From assembly GCA_964362795.1 (NCBI GenBank), contig CAYIFW010000002.1, forward strand, positions 1 through 51,574: a DNA stretch of 51,574 bases. The letters are read 5' to 3'. Under the pieces are notes generated by a model. That model made no database searches, was not told where the DNA came from, and saw nothing but the letters and a program-made list of their open reading frames with translations. A program made the translations under genes and the position numbers. Positions within the stretch are counted from its first letter, which is position 1, and each line of letters begins with the position of its first letter. Source of the DNA: an uncultured Planctomycetales bacterium (GTDB lineage: Bacteria; Omnitrophota; Gorgyraeia; Gygaellales; Profunditerraquicolaceae). Shown here in pieces: positions 9,985-18,125 of the stretch.

Positions 9985-10221
9985 ATGTTTGAAGTTGTTT
10001 TACCGGAATTAGGAGAAGGTGTTACTAAAGCTACCCTGACATATTGGTTTTTTAAGGCCGGCCAGAAAGTAAATCAGAATGATGAGTTGGTTGAGCTGAC
10101 TACTGATAAATCTACTTTTAACCTGCCCAGTCCTTGTACCGGAATAATCTCTAAAATAATTTATAGTGAAGGTGATACTGTCGCGGTCGGCCAGGTATTA
10201 GCCCAGATTGCCGAAGAATAG
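9985..10221 (+). CDS. Stand-alone lipoyl/biotinyl attachment domain protein
   Basis: 78 aa with the E2-type lipoyl-domain pattern PELGEGVTKATL...VELTTDKSTFNLPSP..G.I. No E2 catalytic domain follows. Confidence 0.75.
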   Translation: MFEVVLPELGEGVTKATLTYWFFKAGQKVNQNDELVELTTDKSTFNLPSPCTGIISKIIYSEGDTVAVGQVLAQIAEE

Positions 10222-10230
10222 CCATTTTTC

Positions 10231-10259
10231 TTGACAATGTATGGTTTCTCTAGTATATA
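10231..10259 (+). promoter_or_regulatory. Candidate sigma-70 promoter (TTGACA - 17 nt - TATATA)
   Basis: Consensus -35 at 10231-10236 and TATATA at 10254-10259, inside the only 74-nt gap in this region, upstream of the HTH gene. Confidence 0.45.
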
Positions 10260-10295
10260 TATGATTATCGTAGATATGCTTGAGAGCAAGGAGTA

Positions 10296-10502
10296 ATGAT
10301 GGTTAATTATAAAGAAATTATGACGGCAAAAGAGGTGGCGCGGTATTTAAGCATTCATCCGCTCACCGTGCATAAATATGCCCGGGCAGGAAAGATTCCG
10401 GCGTTTAAGATCGGCACGGATTGGCGTTTTCATAAAAAATATATCGAAGAATGGATCCATCAGAAATTAACTTCTAATACAGGCAGGGGCAATGGCAATT
10501 GA
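10296..10502 (+). CDS. Excisionase/MerR-superfamily helix-turn-helix DNA-binding protein
   Basis: 68 aa with MTAKEVARYLSIHPLTVHKYARAGKIPAFKIGTDWRF, typical of Xis-family HTH_17. The second ATG at 10299 has better SD spacing. Confidence 0.8.
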   Translation: MMVNYKEIMTAKEVARYLSIHPLTVHKYARAGKIPAFKIGTDWRFHKKYIEEWIHQKLTSNTGRGNGN

Positions 10503-11658
10503 TTATAAAAAAGAGTTAGAAAGCGCAGCCAGGAATATGATCCTGGTTCACGATCCGGATTCTTTGATTAAGATGATCGTGCGTATGATGGTCCAAAAGG
10601 CAAAAATTTCCCATGCCAGTTTCTTTTTGTACAATAAGGAAAAACAGGGATATCTGCTTACGGTTTCCAAAGGTTCTTTGGCTAAGAAAGTTCCTTTGGA
10701 TTTAATTTGTATTGATAAAGATGATGTGTTGATCCGTTTTTTCAAAGAGCATCAGAGCATCCTTATTTTTGGCCGGGATGCCTTGCTTTATGAACAGGCG
10801 CGCCTGGCGTTAAAAAACGAAAAGTTAAAGAAGGAAACAGCGCAGCAGTTGGGCCAGGTCCTCTATCAAATGCAGCTTTTAGAAACTGATGTTTGTATCC
10901 CTAGTTATTTTCGCGACCAGTTGCTGGGTTTGTTATTTTTAGGCAGGAAAAATAATAATCGAAAATTTATTGATGAGGAGCTGGATTTTTTCATCGCGCT
11001 TAATTCTAACGCGGCAATGGCGATTAGGAATGCCCAGTTATTCAAGGAATTGGAAAGTGAATTAGATCATAAACATCAGCTTTTTGTACGTACGACCATT
11101 GCCTTAGCCGCGGCGATTGAAGCCAAAGATCATTATACTCATGGCCATACTACCCGGGTGACTAACATAAGTATTGAGATTGCCAAAAGGATCGGGCATA
11201 AGTCCAAAAATAATTTTGATGAAAAGTTTCTGGAGAATTTACATATTGCTAGCCTCTTGCATGATATCGGTAAAATCGGAGTGCCGGAGCATATTTTAAA
11301 TAAAAGAAGCGCTCTTACTGTTGGAGAACGCAACCGGATTCAAGACCATCCGATGATCGGAGTCGGTATTTTAAAGCCGATTAAAGAGTTGGAGGGTTCA
11401 ATTCTGGGGGTTAAATATCACCATGAGCGGTTTGATGGCCAGGGTTACCCTGAAGGTTTAAAAGGGGAGCAGATTCCTTTGGTTGCCTCGATAATTTCCG
11501 TAGCGGATTCTTTCGACGCTATGAGCACTGACCGGCCCTACCGGTTGGCTTTGGATAAAAAGGATGCGATTAATGAAATAAGTTCTTTACGTGGCCGGCA
11601 GTTTTGTCCTCGCGTTACCGATACATTTCTTGAACTCTGCAAGGAAGGTAAAATCTAG
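10492..11658 (+). CDS. GAF domain / HD-GYP domain protein (probable c-di-GMP phosphodiesterase)
   Basis: 388 aa. The N-terminal half is GAF-like. The C-terminal half has HYTHGHTTRV, LHDIGKIGVP and HHERFDGQGYPEGL (HD-GYP). Confidence 0.88.
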   Translation: MAIDYKKELESAARNMILVHDPDSLIKMIVRMMVQKAKISHASFFLYNKEKQGYLLTVSKGSLAKKVPLDLICIDKDDVLIRFFKEHQSILIFGRDALLYEQARLALKNEKLKKETAQQLGQVLYQMQLLETDVCIPSYFRDQLLGLLFLGRKNNNRKFIDEELDFFIALNSNAAMAIRNAQLFKELESELDHKHQLFVRTTIALAAAIEAKDHYTHGHTTRVTNISIEIAKRIGHKSKNNFDEKFLENLHIASLLHDIGKIGVPEHILNKRSALTVGERNRIQDHPMIGVGILKPIKELEGSILGVKYHHERFDGQGYPEGLKGEQIPLVASIISVADSFDAMSTDRPYRLALDKKDAINEISSLRGRQFCPRVTDTFLELCKEGKI

Positions 11659-11665
11659 TCCTCTT

Positions 11666-12781
11666 ATGCGAGCTAAACGTATAATTTTAATGTATATCTC
11701 TGAAGTTTCCGGGCATCGCAGCGCCACGCTGGCCATTGAAAAAGCGCTCAAGGAATTGCGGCCGGATACAGAAATTTTAAATATTAACGCTTTTAATTAT
11801 ACCAATCCTATATCTGAGAAAGTAATTAACCGGATTTATATGGAGGTAATTAAGCATACCCCGAAATTATGGGATTATCTCTATGATAATCCCAGCGTAG
11901 TTAAGGGGCTTGAAAATATCAAACGCCATGTTCATAAATCAAACTCTCCCAAGCTTAAAAAACTTTTTGATAGTTTTAATCCGGATTTAGTTGTTTGCAC
12001 TCAGGCATTCCCCTGCGGAATGGTTGCTGATTATAAAAAAACTTATAAAGTAAATTTACCGCTGGTAGCGGTCTTAACGGATTATATTCCGCACGCTTAT
12101 TGGGTCTATGATACGGTGGATTATTATATTACTCCTTCGGAAGATGTGTCGGCTCGCCTGGAGAAGAAAGGGGTTGGAGCTCAAAAGATTAGATCTTACG
12201 GGATCCCGTTTGACCATAAGTTTAATCAAAAGCAAAGTAGTGGAAGTATCTTTGGTAAATTGAAATTAAATCCTAAAAAGCCGGTGGTCTTAATTATGGG
12301 CGGAGGCCAGGGATTAGGGCCGATTAAAACTATTGTTAAATCTCTGGAAAAAAGTAAGCATGATATTAGCGAGTTGATCGTTGCCGGGACGAATAAAAAA
12401 TTATTCAATTCGCTTAAGCGCAAAGTTAAACATTATAAAAAAGATATCCATTTGTTTGGTTTCCTGCAGAATATTCATGAATTAATGCGTATTGCCAGTG
12501 TAATTATTTCTAAGCCGGGGGGAGTCACTACCGCCGAAGTTCTCAGCATGGGCTTACCGATGATCATTGTTAAGCCGATTCCCGGCCAGGAGATTAATAA
12601 TACGAATTTCTTAACCCATAAAGGGGCAGCCATTAAGATAGATGAGCCAAAAGAGGTCTATCAGATTATCGACGAGCTGCTAGAAAATAAAACCAAATTA
12701 GAGCAACTTAAAAGCGCAGCTTTAAAAATTGCCAAACCTGAAGCCAGTATGGATGTCGCCAAGCTTCTTTTGAGCCTATAA
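11666..12781 (+). CDS. Diacylglycerol glycosyltransferase (MGDG-synthase-like N-domain plus GT28 C-domain)
   Basis: Start moved to ATG 11666 (MRAKRIILMYISEVSGHRSA), just after the upstream stop. C-terminal SKPGGVTTAEVLSMGLPMI..PIPGQE is GT28-like. Confidence 0.83.
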   Translation: MRAKRIILMYISEVSGHRSATLAIEKALKELRPDTEILNINAFNYTNPISEKVINRIYMEVIKHTPKLWDYLYDNPSVVKGLENIKRHVHKSNSPKLKKLFDSFNPDLVVCTQAFPCGMVADYKKTYKVNLPLVAVLTDYIPHAYWVYDTVDYYITPSEDVSARLEKKGVGAQKIRSYGIPFDHKFNQKQSSGSIFGKLKLNPKKPVVLIMGGGQGLGPIKTIVKSLEKSKHDISELIVAGTNKKLFNSLKRKVKHYKKDIHLFGFLQNIHELMRIASVIISKPGGVTTAEVLSMGLPMIIVKPIPGQEINNTNFLTHKGAAIKIDEPKEVYQIIDELLENKTKLEQLKSAALKIAKPEASMDVAKLLLSL

Positions 12782-12784
12782 ATC

Positions 12785-13642
12785 GTGTTAAATCATTATC
12801 TCTACCGTTTCGGACAATTCATCGCGTTAAATTTACCCCTGAAATTTGTTTATGGTTTTGCCGTATTTTTAGCCGACCTGCGTTATCTCTTCGTATTCCG
12901 CGACCGGAGATTTGTTAGAGCTAATTTACAAATTATTCTTCCTCATAAATCTATCAAAGAATTACGTAAAATTAGTCGAATGGTTTTTCGGAATTTTGCT
13001 AAATACTTAGTAGATTTTTTCCGTTTCGAGAAACTTGACCTTGAATATATAAATAAAAATGTAAAGCTAGAAAATATGCATAATTTTGACCAGGCTCTGG
13101 CTAAAGGTAAGGGTGTGATTGTGCTGACGGCGCATCTGGGTAATTGGGAACTTGGGGGAGTAGTTATTGCGCAATTAGGGTATCCTTTCTGGGTTGTCGC
13201 TCTGCCGCATAAAAATAAAAAAGTTAATGATTTTTTTGACGCGCAAAGAAATAGAAAAGGGGTTAAAGTTATTGCCATGGGTAAGGCTGTGAGAAGCTGC
13301 ATCTCTGAAATCAAAAAAAATCATATGGTGGCTTTGGTGGGAGACCGGGATTTTACCGAAAAAGGTATTGTCTTGGATTTCTTCGGAAAACCCACGCATC
13401 TTCCCGAAGGGCCGGCAGCGTTAAGTTTAATGACCGGAGCCTCAATTGTTCCCGGGTTTATGTTTAGGAATCCGGATGACTCTTTTACCTTGAGGATAGA
13501 AAAATCAATCGAATTTATTCCTTCCGGAGATAAGGAAAAGGATTTAGCTGGGCTGATTACTGTTTATAATCAAGTGCTCCAAGATTATATCCGTAAATAT
13601 CCCGAACAATGGTATGTTTTTCGTAAATTTTGGGTTAAATAA
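12785..13642 (+). CDS. Lipid A biosynthesis (LpxL/HtrB)-family lysophospholipid acyltransferase
   Basis: 285 aa with GTG start, HLGNWE catalytic motif and C-terminal YPEQWYVFRKFW. Confidence 0.85.
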   Translation: MLNHYLYRFGQFIALNLPLKFVYGFAVFLADLRYLFVFRDRRFVRANLQIILPHKSIKELRKISRMVFRNFAKYLVDFFRFEKLDLEYINKNVKLENMHNFDQALAKGKGVIVLTAHLGNWELGGVVIAQLGYPFWVVALPHKNKKVNDFFDAQRNRKGVKVIAMGKAVRSCISEIKKNHMVALVGDRDFTEKGIVLDFFGKPTHLPEGPAALSLMTGASIVPGFMFRNPDDSFTLRIEKSIEFIPSGDKEKDLAGLITVYNQVLQDYIRKYPEQWYVFRKFWVK

Positions 13643-13644
13643 TT

Positions 13645-14322
13645 ATGCGTACTTGTGTAGTTATCCCGACTTATAATGAATCTAAAGCAATTTCCGGGCT
13701 GATCGAACAAATAACCAAATTGGGCCTGGAGGTAATTGTAGTTGATGATGGATCAGCCGATGCTACGGCGCGTATTGCTACTGCCAGCGGGGCTAAAGTT
13801 TTACGTAATGATTCCAATATCGGTAAGGGAGCGTCTTTAATTAAGGGGTATAATTTTGCTCTTGCCCAGGGATTCGACGCTGTGATTAGCATGGATGGAG
13901 ATGGCCAGCATTCCTGCGAGGATATTAGGTCATTTATCCATAAGGCTGAAGCTTTCCCCAAAGCCATTATTGTGGGTAATCGAATGGCCTCAACCCAAGA
14001 GATGCCATTTTTACGGATTATGACCAATCGTTTTATGTCCAGGTTGATCTCATTAATTACTAAACAGTATATTCCGGATACGCAATGCGGGTTCCGTTTG
14101 ATAAGAAAAGAAATCCTGCAGAAATTGAATTTAGCGACATCTAAATATGAGATTGATTCTGAAGTTTTAATTAAGGCAGCCCGTTTAGGTTTTAAGATTG
14201 AATCTATCCCGGTAGAAACAATTTATGCGGGCCAAAAAAGCCAAATTAATCCTTTTGTGGATACTTTGAGATTTTTGCGTTTTATTATTTTGGAGTTTAT
14301 ACGGGGGCCTAAGCATGCTTAG
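13645..14322 (+). CDS. Family 2 glycosyltransferase (polyprenyl-phosphate glycosyltransferase-like)
   Basis: 225 aa with VVIPTYNE, VVDDGSADAT, DGDGQH and CGFR motifs. Confidence 0.88.
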   Translation: MRTCVVIPTYNESKAISGLIEQITKLGLEVIVVDDGSADATARIATASGAKVLRNDSNIGKGASLIKGYNFALAQGFDAVISMDGDGQHSCEDIRSFIHKAEAFPKAIIVGNRMASTQEMPFLRIMTNRFMSRLISLITKQYIPDTQCGFRLIRKEILQKLNLATSKYEIDSEVLIKAARLGFKIESIPVETIYAGQKSQINPFVDTLRFLRFIILEFIRGPKHA

Positions 14323-14812
14323 TACTATTTTACACTGGTTAAAGGGATTGCCGCAAGAACAAGTCGTGATGATTGTTGGCGCTCTGCCGGTGTCGGAACT
14401 AAGAGGAGCAATACCATTAGCGATATCATTCGGCATGCCCTTGGCTAAGGCTTTTTGGCTTTCGGTTTTAGGTAATTGTATTATTGTGGCCCCGGCGCTT
14501 TTTCTTTTTCAACCGGTCACGGATTTCTTGAGAAAATTTAAAATATGGTCCCGATTTTTTGATTGGGTTTTTGCCAGGACGAAGAAAAACTCGGATGCGA
14601 TTCAGAAGTATGAGGCTCTGGGTTTGGCTATCTTTGTAGCGATTCCTCTTCCGATGACCGGGGTCTGGAGCGGGGTAATCGCGGCCTCTTTATTTAAGAT
14701 CCGTTTTCGCTACGCGTTTTTAGCGATTATCGCCGGCGTATTTTGCGCGGGCCTGATTGTTGCCTCTTTATGCGGTTTAGGCATGTTAACTTTTAAGGCG
14801 GTTTCAGGATGA
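14315..14812 (+). CDS. Small integral membrane protein (COG2426 / small multidrug export-like family)
   Basis: 165 aa with 4-5 predicted TM segments and the LPVSELRGAIPLAI motif I associate with that family. Overlaps the upstream stop. Confidence 0.62.
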   Translation: MLSTILHWLKGLPQEQVVMIVGALPVSELRGAIPLAISFGMPLAKAFWLSVLGNCIIVAPALFLFQPVTDFLRKFKIWSRFFDWVFARTKKNSDAIQKYEALGLAIFVAIPLPMTGVWSGVIAASLFKIRFRYAFLAIIAGVFCAGLIVASLCGLGMLTFKAVSG

Positions 14813-14959
14813 TCCAGGTTTATACAGGTAATGGTAAGGGTAAGACGACTGCGGCCTTAGGAAATTATTGTAAAGAGAAAATACCGGGTAGTTATTCTGG
14901 ATGAAATTAAAGCTATTGACAAATTATTGCTGGGTGTTAAAGTAATTAAAGAATTTTAA
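14809..14959 (+). pseudogene. cobO: Degraded cob(I)yrinic acid a,c-diamide adenosyltransferase (CobO/BtuR) remnant
   Basis: Frame 1 reads MIQVYTGNGKGKTTAALG (CobO P-loop), then stops after 31 codons. Frame 2 from 14885 reads RVVILDEIKAIDKLLLGVKVIKEF* (CobO Walker-B region). About 110 internal codons are missing. Confidence 0.72.
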
Positions 14960-14961
14960 AG

Positions 14962-15120
14962 ATATAGGTTAAGGGAAATCCGTTGGCCGTAAGGCTTATG
15001 AAAGCGGATGCGGTCCCGCCGCTGTAAGGGTAGACGAAAGCTGCTAGTATGTCACCATCGAAAAGATGGTAAGACGGCAGCAAGTAGGTTTAAAACCTAA
15101 GCCAGAAGACCTGCCTATAT
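14962..15120 (+). promoter_or_regulatory. Cobalamin (AdoCbl) riboswitch aptamer 1
   Basis: P1 pairs ATATAGG with CCTATAT. Conserved blocks present: GGTTAAGGGAAATCC, GCGGTCCCGCCGCTGTAAGGG, GTCACCATCG..GATGGTAAGAC and the B12 box AGCCAGAAGACCTGCC (15100-15116). Confidence 0.88.
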
Positions 15121-15164
15121 AAGAGTAATGCCTCGTGGAATGGGCCAAGAAATATTTGGGTGCG

Positions 15165-15197
15165 ACCCGTCAGGCAAAAGTTGACGGGTTTTTTGTT
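15165..15197 (+). terminator. Intrinsic terminator (expression platform of riboswitch 1)
   Basis: ACCCGTCA - 9-nt loop - TGACGGGT followed by TTTTTGTTT, about 20 nt upstream of the cobC start. Confidence 0.8.
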
Positions 15198-15216
15198 TAT
15201 TTTAGGGTGCGAATAA

Positions 15217-15810
15217 ATGACGACAAAATTAATTTTGATCAGGCATGGCCAGACTGGCTGGAATTTAAAAAAACGTTATAGCGGTTTTATCGATATCGCG
15301 CTTAATACGCAAGGCCGTAAACAAGCCCGCAAACTTGGCAAACGGCTAAAGGATGAGAAAATCCACAGGGTTTATTCTAGCGACCGGATTCGCGCGCTTC
15401 AAACTGCAAGAATACTTTTTAAGCGCGCCGATATAGGAATAGTCCCGGATTTACGGGAGATGCATTTCGGCGCTTTTGAGGGTATGACTTATAATGAAAT
15501 TATGGCGAAGTATCCCGTTGTTTATAAAAAGTGGTTGTGTAATCCCTTCGCTATTACTATTCCTAAAGGGGAATCATTAGCTGATTTTCAGAAAAGGGTA
15601 GTTGTCGCTTTTAAAAAAATTGTTTTTTCCAATAAAAATAAGACAGCCGCAATAGTCTGCCATGGAGGCACCATTAGTATATTTATCAGTCATATAGCGA
15701 AAACAAAAAAATTCTGGGAACAGATCCCATCTTCGGCTTCTTTAAGCATTATTGAGTATAAGAGAAATAAGGCCAATATCCGGCTCTTAAACGATACGTC
15801 GCATCTCTAA
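15217..15810 (+). CDS. cobC: Alpha-ribazole phosphatase (histidine phosphatase family)
   Basis: 197 aa with the LILIRHGQTGWN catalytic motif. First gene after the B12 riboswitch, immediately upstream of cobU/T/S. Confidence 0.82.
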   Translation: MTTKLILIRHGQTGWNLKKRYSGFIDIALNTQGRKQARKLGKRLKDEKIHRVYSSDRIRALQTARILFKRADIGIVPDLREMHFGAFEGMTYNEIMAKYPVVYKKWLCNPFAITIPKGESLADFQKRVVVAFKKIVFSNKNKTAAIVCHGGTISIFISHIAKTKKFWEQIPSSASLSIIEYKRNKANIRLLNDTSHL

Positions 15811-15812
15811 TT

Positions 15813-16337
15813 ATGGGGAACATTACTTTTATTATTGGCGGCTCAAGGAGCGGCAAAAGCGCGTACGCCTTAGAATTGGCTAAAAAAAGCGGCCGCCGCC
15901 GGGTAGCTTTTATCGCTACCTGCGCTGTTTCTTCTGATAGCGAGATGAAAAAACGTATTATGCTGCATAAAAAGAGCCGGCCAAAACACTGGAAGACTTT
16001 TGAAGATACCGCGGACTTACCTTTATTGTTAAAACAGATCGGGGGAAAGTTTGAAGTTGTTATTATAGATTGTTTGACGCTTTTGGTATCAGGCTTTATG
16101 TTAAAAGGCAATAAAGAAAGTGTGATAAGAAATAAGGTTAATCGAATTTTAAAAATATTACAGAGGGCAAAAGCAAAAACGATTATAGTTTCAAATGAGG
16201 TGGGTTTAGGTATTGTTCCGGATAACCGCATAGCTCGCGATTTCCGGGATATAGCAGGCAGGGTAAATCAGATTGCCGCCAGTAATTCCGATAAAGTGTT
16301 TTTTTTAGTCTCTGGCCTACCATTGAGGATAAAATGA
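15813..16337 (+). CDS. cobU: Adenosylcobinamide kinase / adenosylcobinamide-phosphate guanylyltransferase
   Basis: 174 aa with P-loop GGSRSGKS, then IDCLT..L and VSNEVG motifs. Confidence 0.92.
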   Translation: MGNITFIIGGSRSGKSAYALELAKKSGRRRVAFIATCAVSSDSEMKKRIMLHKKSRPKHWKTFEDTADLPLLLKQIGGKFEVVIIDCLTLLVSGFMLKGNKESVIRNKVNRILKILQRAKAKTIIVSNEVGLGIVPDNRIARDFRDIAGRVNQIAASNSDKVFFLVSGLPLRIK

Positions 16338-17389
16338 TCAAAGACATTACTAAAAAAATAATTAAGATTGATCAGGAGCTTATAAAAAAAACGCAGGACA
16401 GGCTTGATAACCTTACTAAACCGCAAGGCTCTCTTGGTAGGCTTGAAGAGCTAGCCAAGCTTATTGTAGGTATAACTGGCAAAGAGAGCCCTGAATTTTC
16501 CAATAAAGTTATTTTTACTTTAGTTTCCGACCACGGTGTCTGTGAAGAAAGAGTGAGTGCTTTCCCGCAAGAAGTTACCGCGCAGATGGTCTATAATTTT
16601 TTAAGCGGGGGCGCCGGGATAAATGTCTTAGCTAAACACATCGGTGCCCGGGTGGTAGTGGCAGATGTAGGTGTGGCAGCTGATTTAAAAGCGCACCCCA
16701 ATCTTATAATTAGAAAAATAAATTATGGCACCAAGAATATGGCGCGCGAATCGGCAATGACAAGGGCTGAGGCGATTAAGTCCATTGAAACCGGAATTGA
16801 GATATTTGAAGCGGAATTTAAAAACGGTATTGATATTATCGGTACAGGAGAGATGGGGATAGCTAATACTACCGCCTCAAGCGCCATAACTGCGCTCTTT
16901 ACCAAGAGAAGCGTTGAGGATGTTGTGGGCAGGGGCACAGGGATTGATGATAGCGCATTAGAAAATAAAATCAGGGTGATCAATACCGCTTTAAAGATTA
17001 ATGATCCTGATTCCAGTGATGCGATAGATGTTTTAGGTAAGGTTGGAGGTTTTGAGATCGGAGGTTTAGCCGGTATAATTCTGGCAGCATCTTCGCGCAG
17101 GATCCCCGTGGTAATTGATGGGTTTATTTCCGCAGCTAGCGCGTTAATCGCCTACGGCATTGAGCCGAAAGTAAAAGAATATATGATTGCCGCCCATAAT
17201 TCAGTGGAAAAGGGGCATAAAGCTATCCTTGATTATTTAGGGCTAGAGGCGCTTTTGGATTTAAAGATGCGTTTAGGCGAGGGAACAGGCGCATGTCTTG
17301 GAATAGGTTTAGCTGAGGCAGCAATTAAAATTTTAACACAAATGAACACATTCGAATCTGCCAAGGTTTCGGAAAAGATAAAATCATGA
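16334..17389 (+). CDS. cobT: Nicotinate-nucleotide--dimethylbenzimidazole phosphoribosyltransferase
   Basis: 351 aa with LTKPQGSLGRLEEL, GEMGIANTT and LGEGTGA motifs. Confidence 0.93.
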   Translation: MIKDITKKIIKIDQELIKKTQDRLDNLTKPQGSLGRLEELAKLIVGITGKESPEFSNKVIFTLVSDHGVCEERVSAFPQEVTAQMVYNFLSGGAGINVLAKHIGARVVVADVGVAADLKAHPNLIIRKINYGTKNMARESAMTRAEAIKSIETGIEIFEAEFKNGIDIIGTGEMGIANTTASSAITALFTKRSVEDVVGRGTGIDDSALENKIRVINTALKINDPDSSDAIDVLGKVGGFEIGGLAGIILAASSRRIPVVIDGFISAASALIAYGIEPKVKEYMIAAHNSVEKGHKAILDYLGLEALLDLKMRLGEGTGACLGIGLAEAAIKILTQMNTFESAKVSEKIKS

Positions 17390-18123
17390 CAAGCTTCATT
17401 GATGCCGTGCAGTTTTTAACTATATTTCGTTTTCGTAATGATAGGAAATCTTGTCCTGCTTCCAGCGCTATTTGTTTTCCTTTTGTCGGCGCATTCTTAG
17501 GCGTAATACTTATTGTTTTAAATGAGGTCCTGACAAAAGTATTTCCTGAATTGTTGGTTAACTTGATTTTGGTTACTGTATCGATTATCTTGACGGGAGC
17601 GCTACACCTGGACGGTTTGGCAGATACCTGTGATGCCTTCTTCAGTGGCAAGAACAGGGATGATAAGTTATTGATTATGCGCGACCCGCATAAAGGGACA
17701 TTTGGGGTGCTGGGGTTAAGTATTGTTATTTTATTTAAAATAAACCTGCTTGCGCTTATTCCGGTAAACCTTAAGGATACAGCTATATTTTTAATGATGG
17801 TTTTTTCTCGCTATAGCCTGAATATCGGGATAGGTTTTTTTCCGTATGCCAGAGAACAGGGTAAGGCGAATATTTTCTTTGAAGGCAAAAAGTATAAAAA
17901 TCTTCTGCTGGCTACCTTGATAACATTAGTTTTAGCAAGCCTTACTTTTCGGGCTGTAACTTACATAGTTTTTCTTCTAATCATCATTTTTAGTTTATTA
18001 ATGAATAAGATATTCAAAGGGGTACTTGGCGGAATTACCGGGGATACAATAGGTGCGTTATGCGAGTTAACGGAAATAATTACCCTTTTGGCAATATTCG
18101 GCTTGTCAACATTCTACGTATAA
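17386..18123 (+). CDS. cobS: Adenosylcobinamide-GDP ribazoletransferase (cobalamin synthase)
   Basis: 245 aa polytopic membrane protein with HLDGLADTCDA and GGITGDTIGA motifs. Confidence 0.92.
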   Translation: MTSFIDAVQFLTIFRFRNDRKSCPASSAICFPFVGAFLGVILIVLNEVLTKVFPELLVNLILVTVSIILTGALHLDGLADTCDAFFSGKNRDDKLLIMRDPHKGTFGVLGLSIVILFKINLLALIPVNLKDTAIFLMMVFSRYSLNIGIGFFPYAREQGKANIFFEGKKYKNLLLATLITLVLASLTFRAVTYIVFLLIIIFSLLMNKIFKGVLGGITGDTIGALCELTEIITLLAIFGLSTFYV

Positions 18124-18125
18124 AT

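Noticed and set aside
10296-10502. The excisionase-family HTH and the tRNA-Gly (48705) as markers of an integrated mobile element or genomic island.
   Set aside because: No integrase, transposase, phage or conjugation genes are present. I found no direct repeat of the tRNA 3' end. The flanking genes are housekeeping and co-oriented.
11591-11665. Long N-terminal extensions proposed by the ORF track for several genes (starts at 11591, 18060, 24521, 25225, 45333).
   Set aside because: These extensions overlap the preceding gene by 30-100 nt and add non-conserved residues. In each case an internal ATG just after the upstream stop gives the family-typical N-terminus (MRAKRIILMY, MLSGHGGN, MRKKINE.., MRVERNP.., MRERIKD..).
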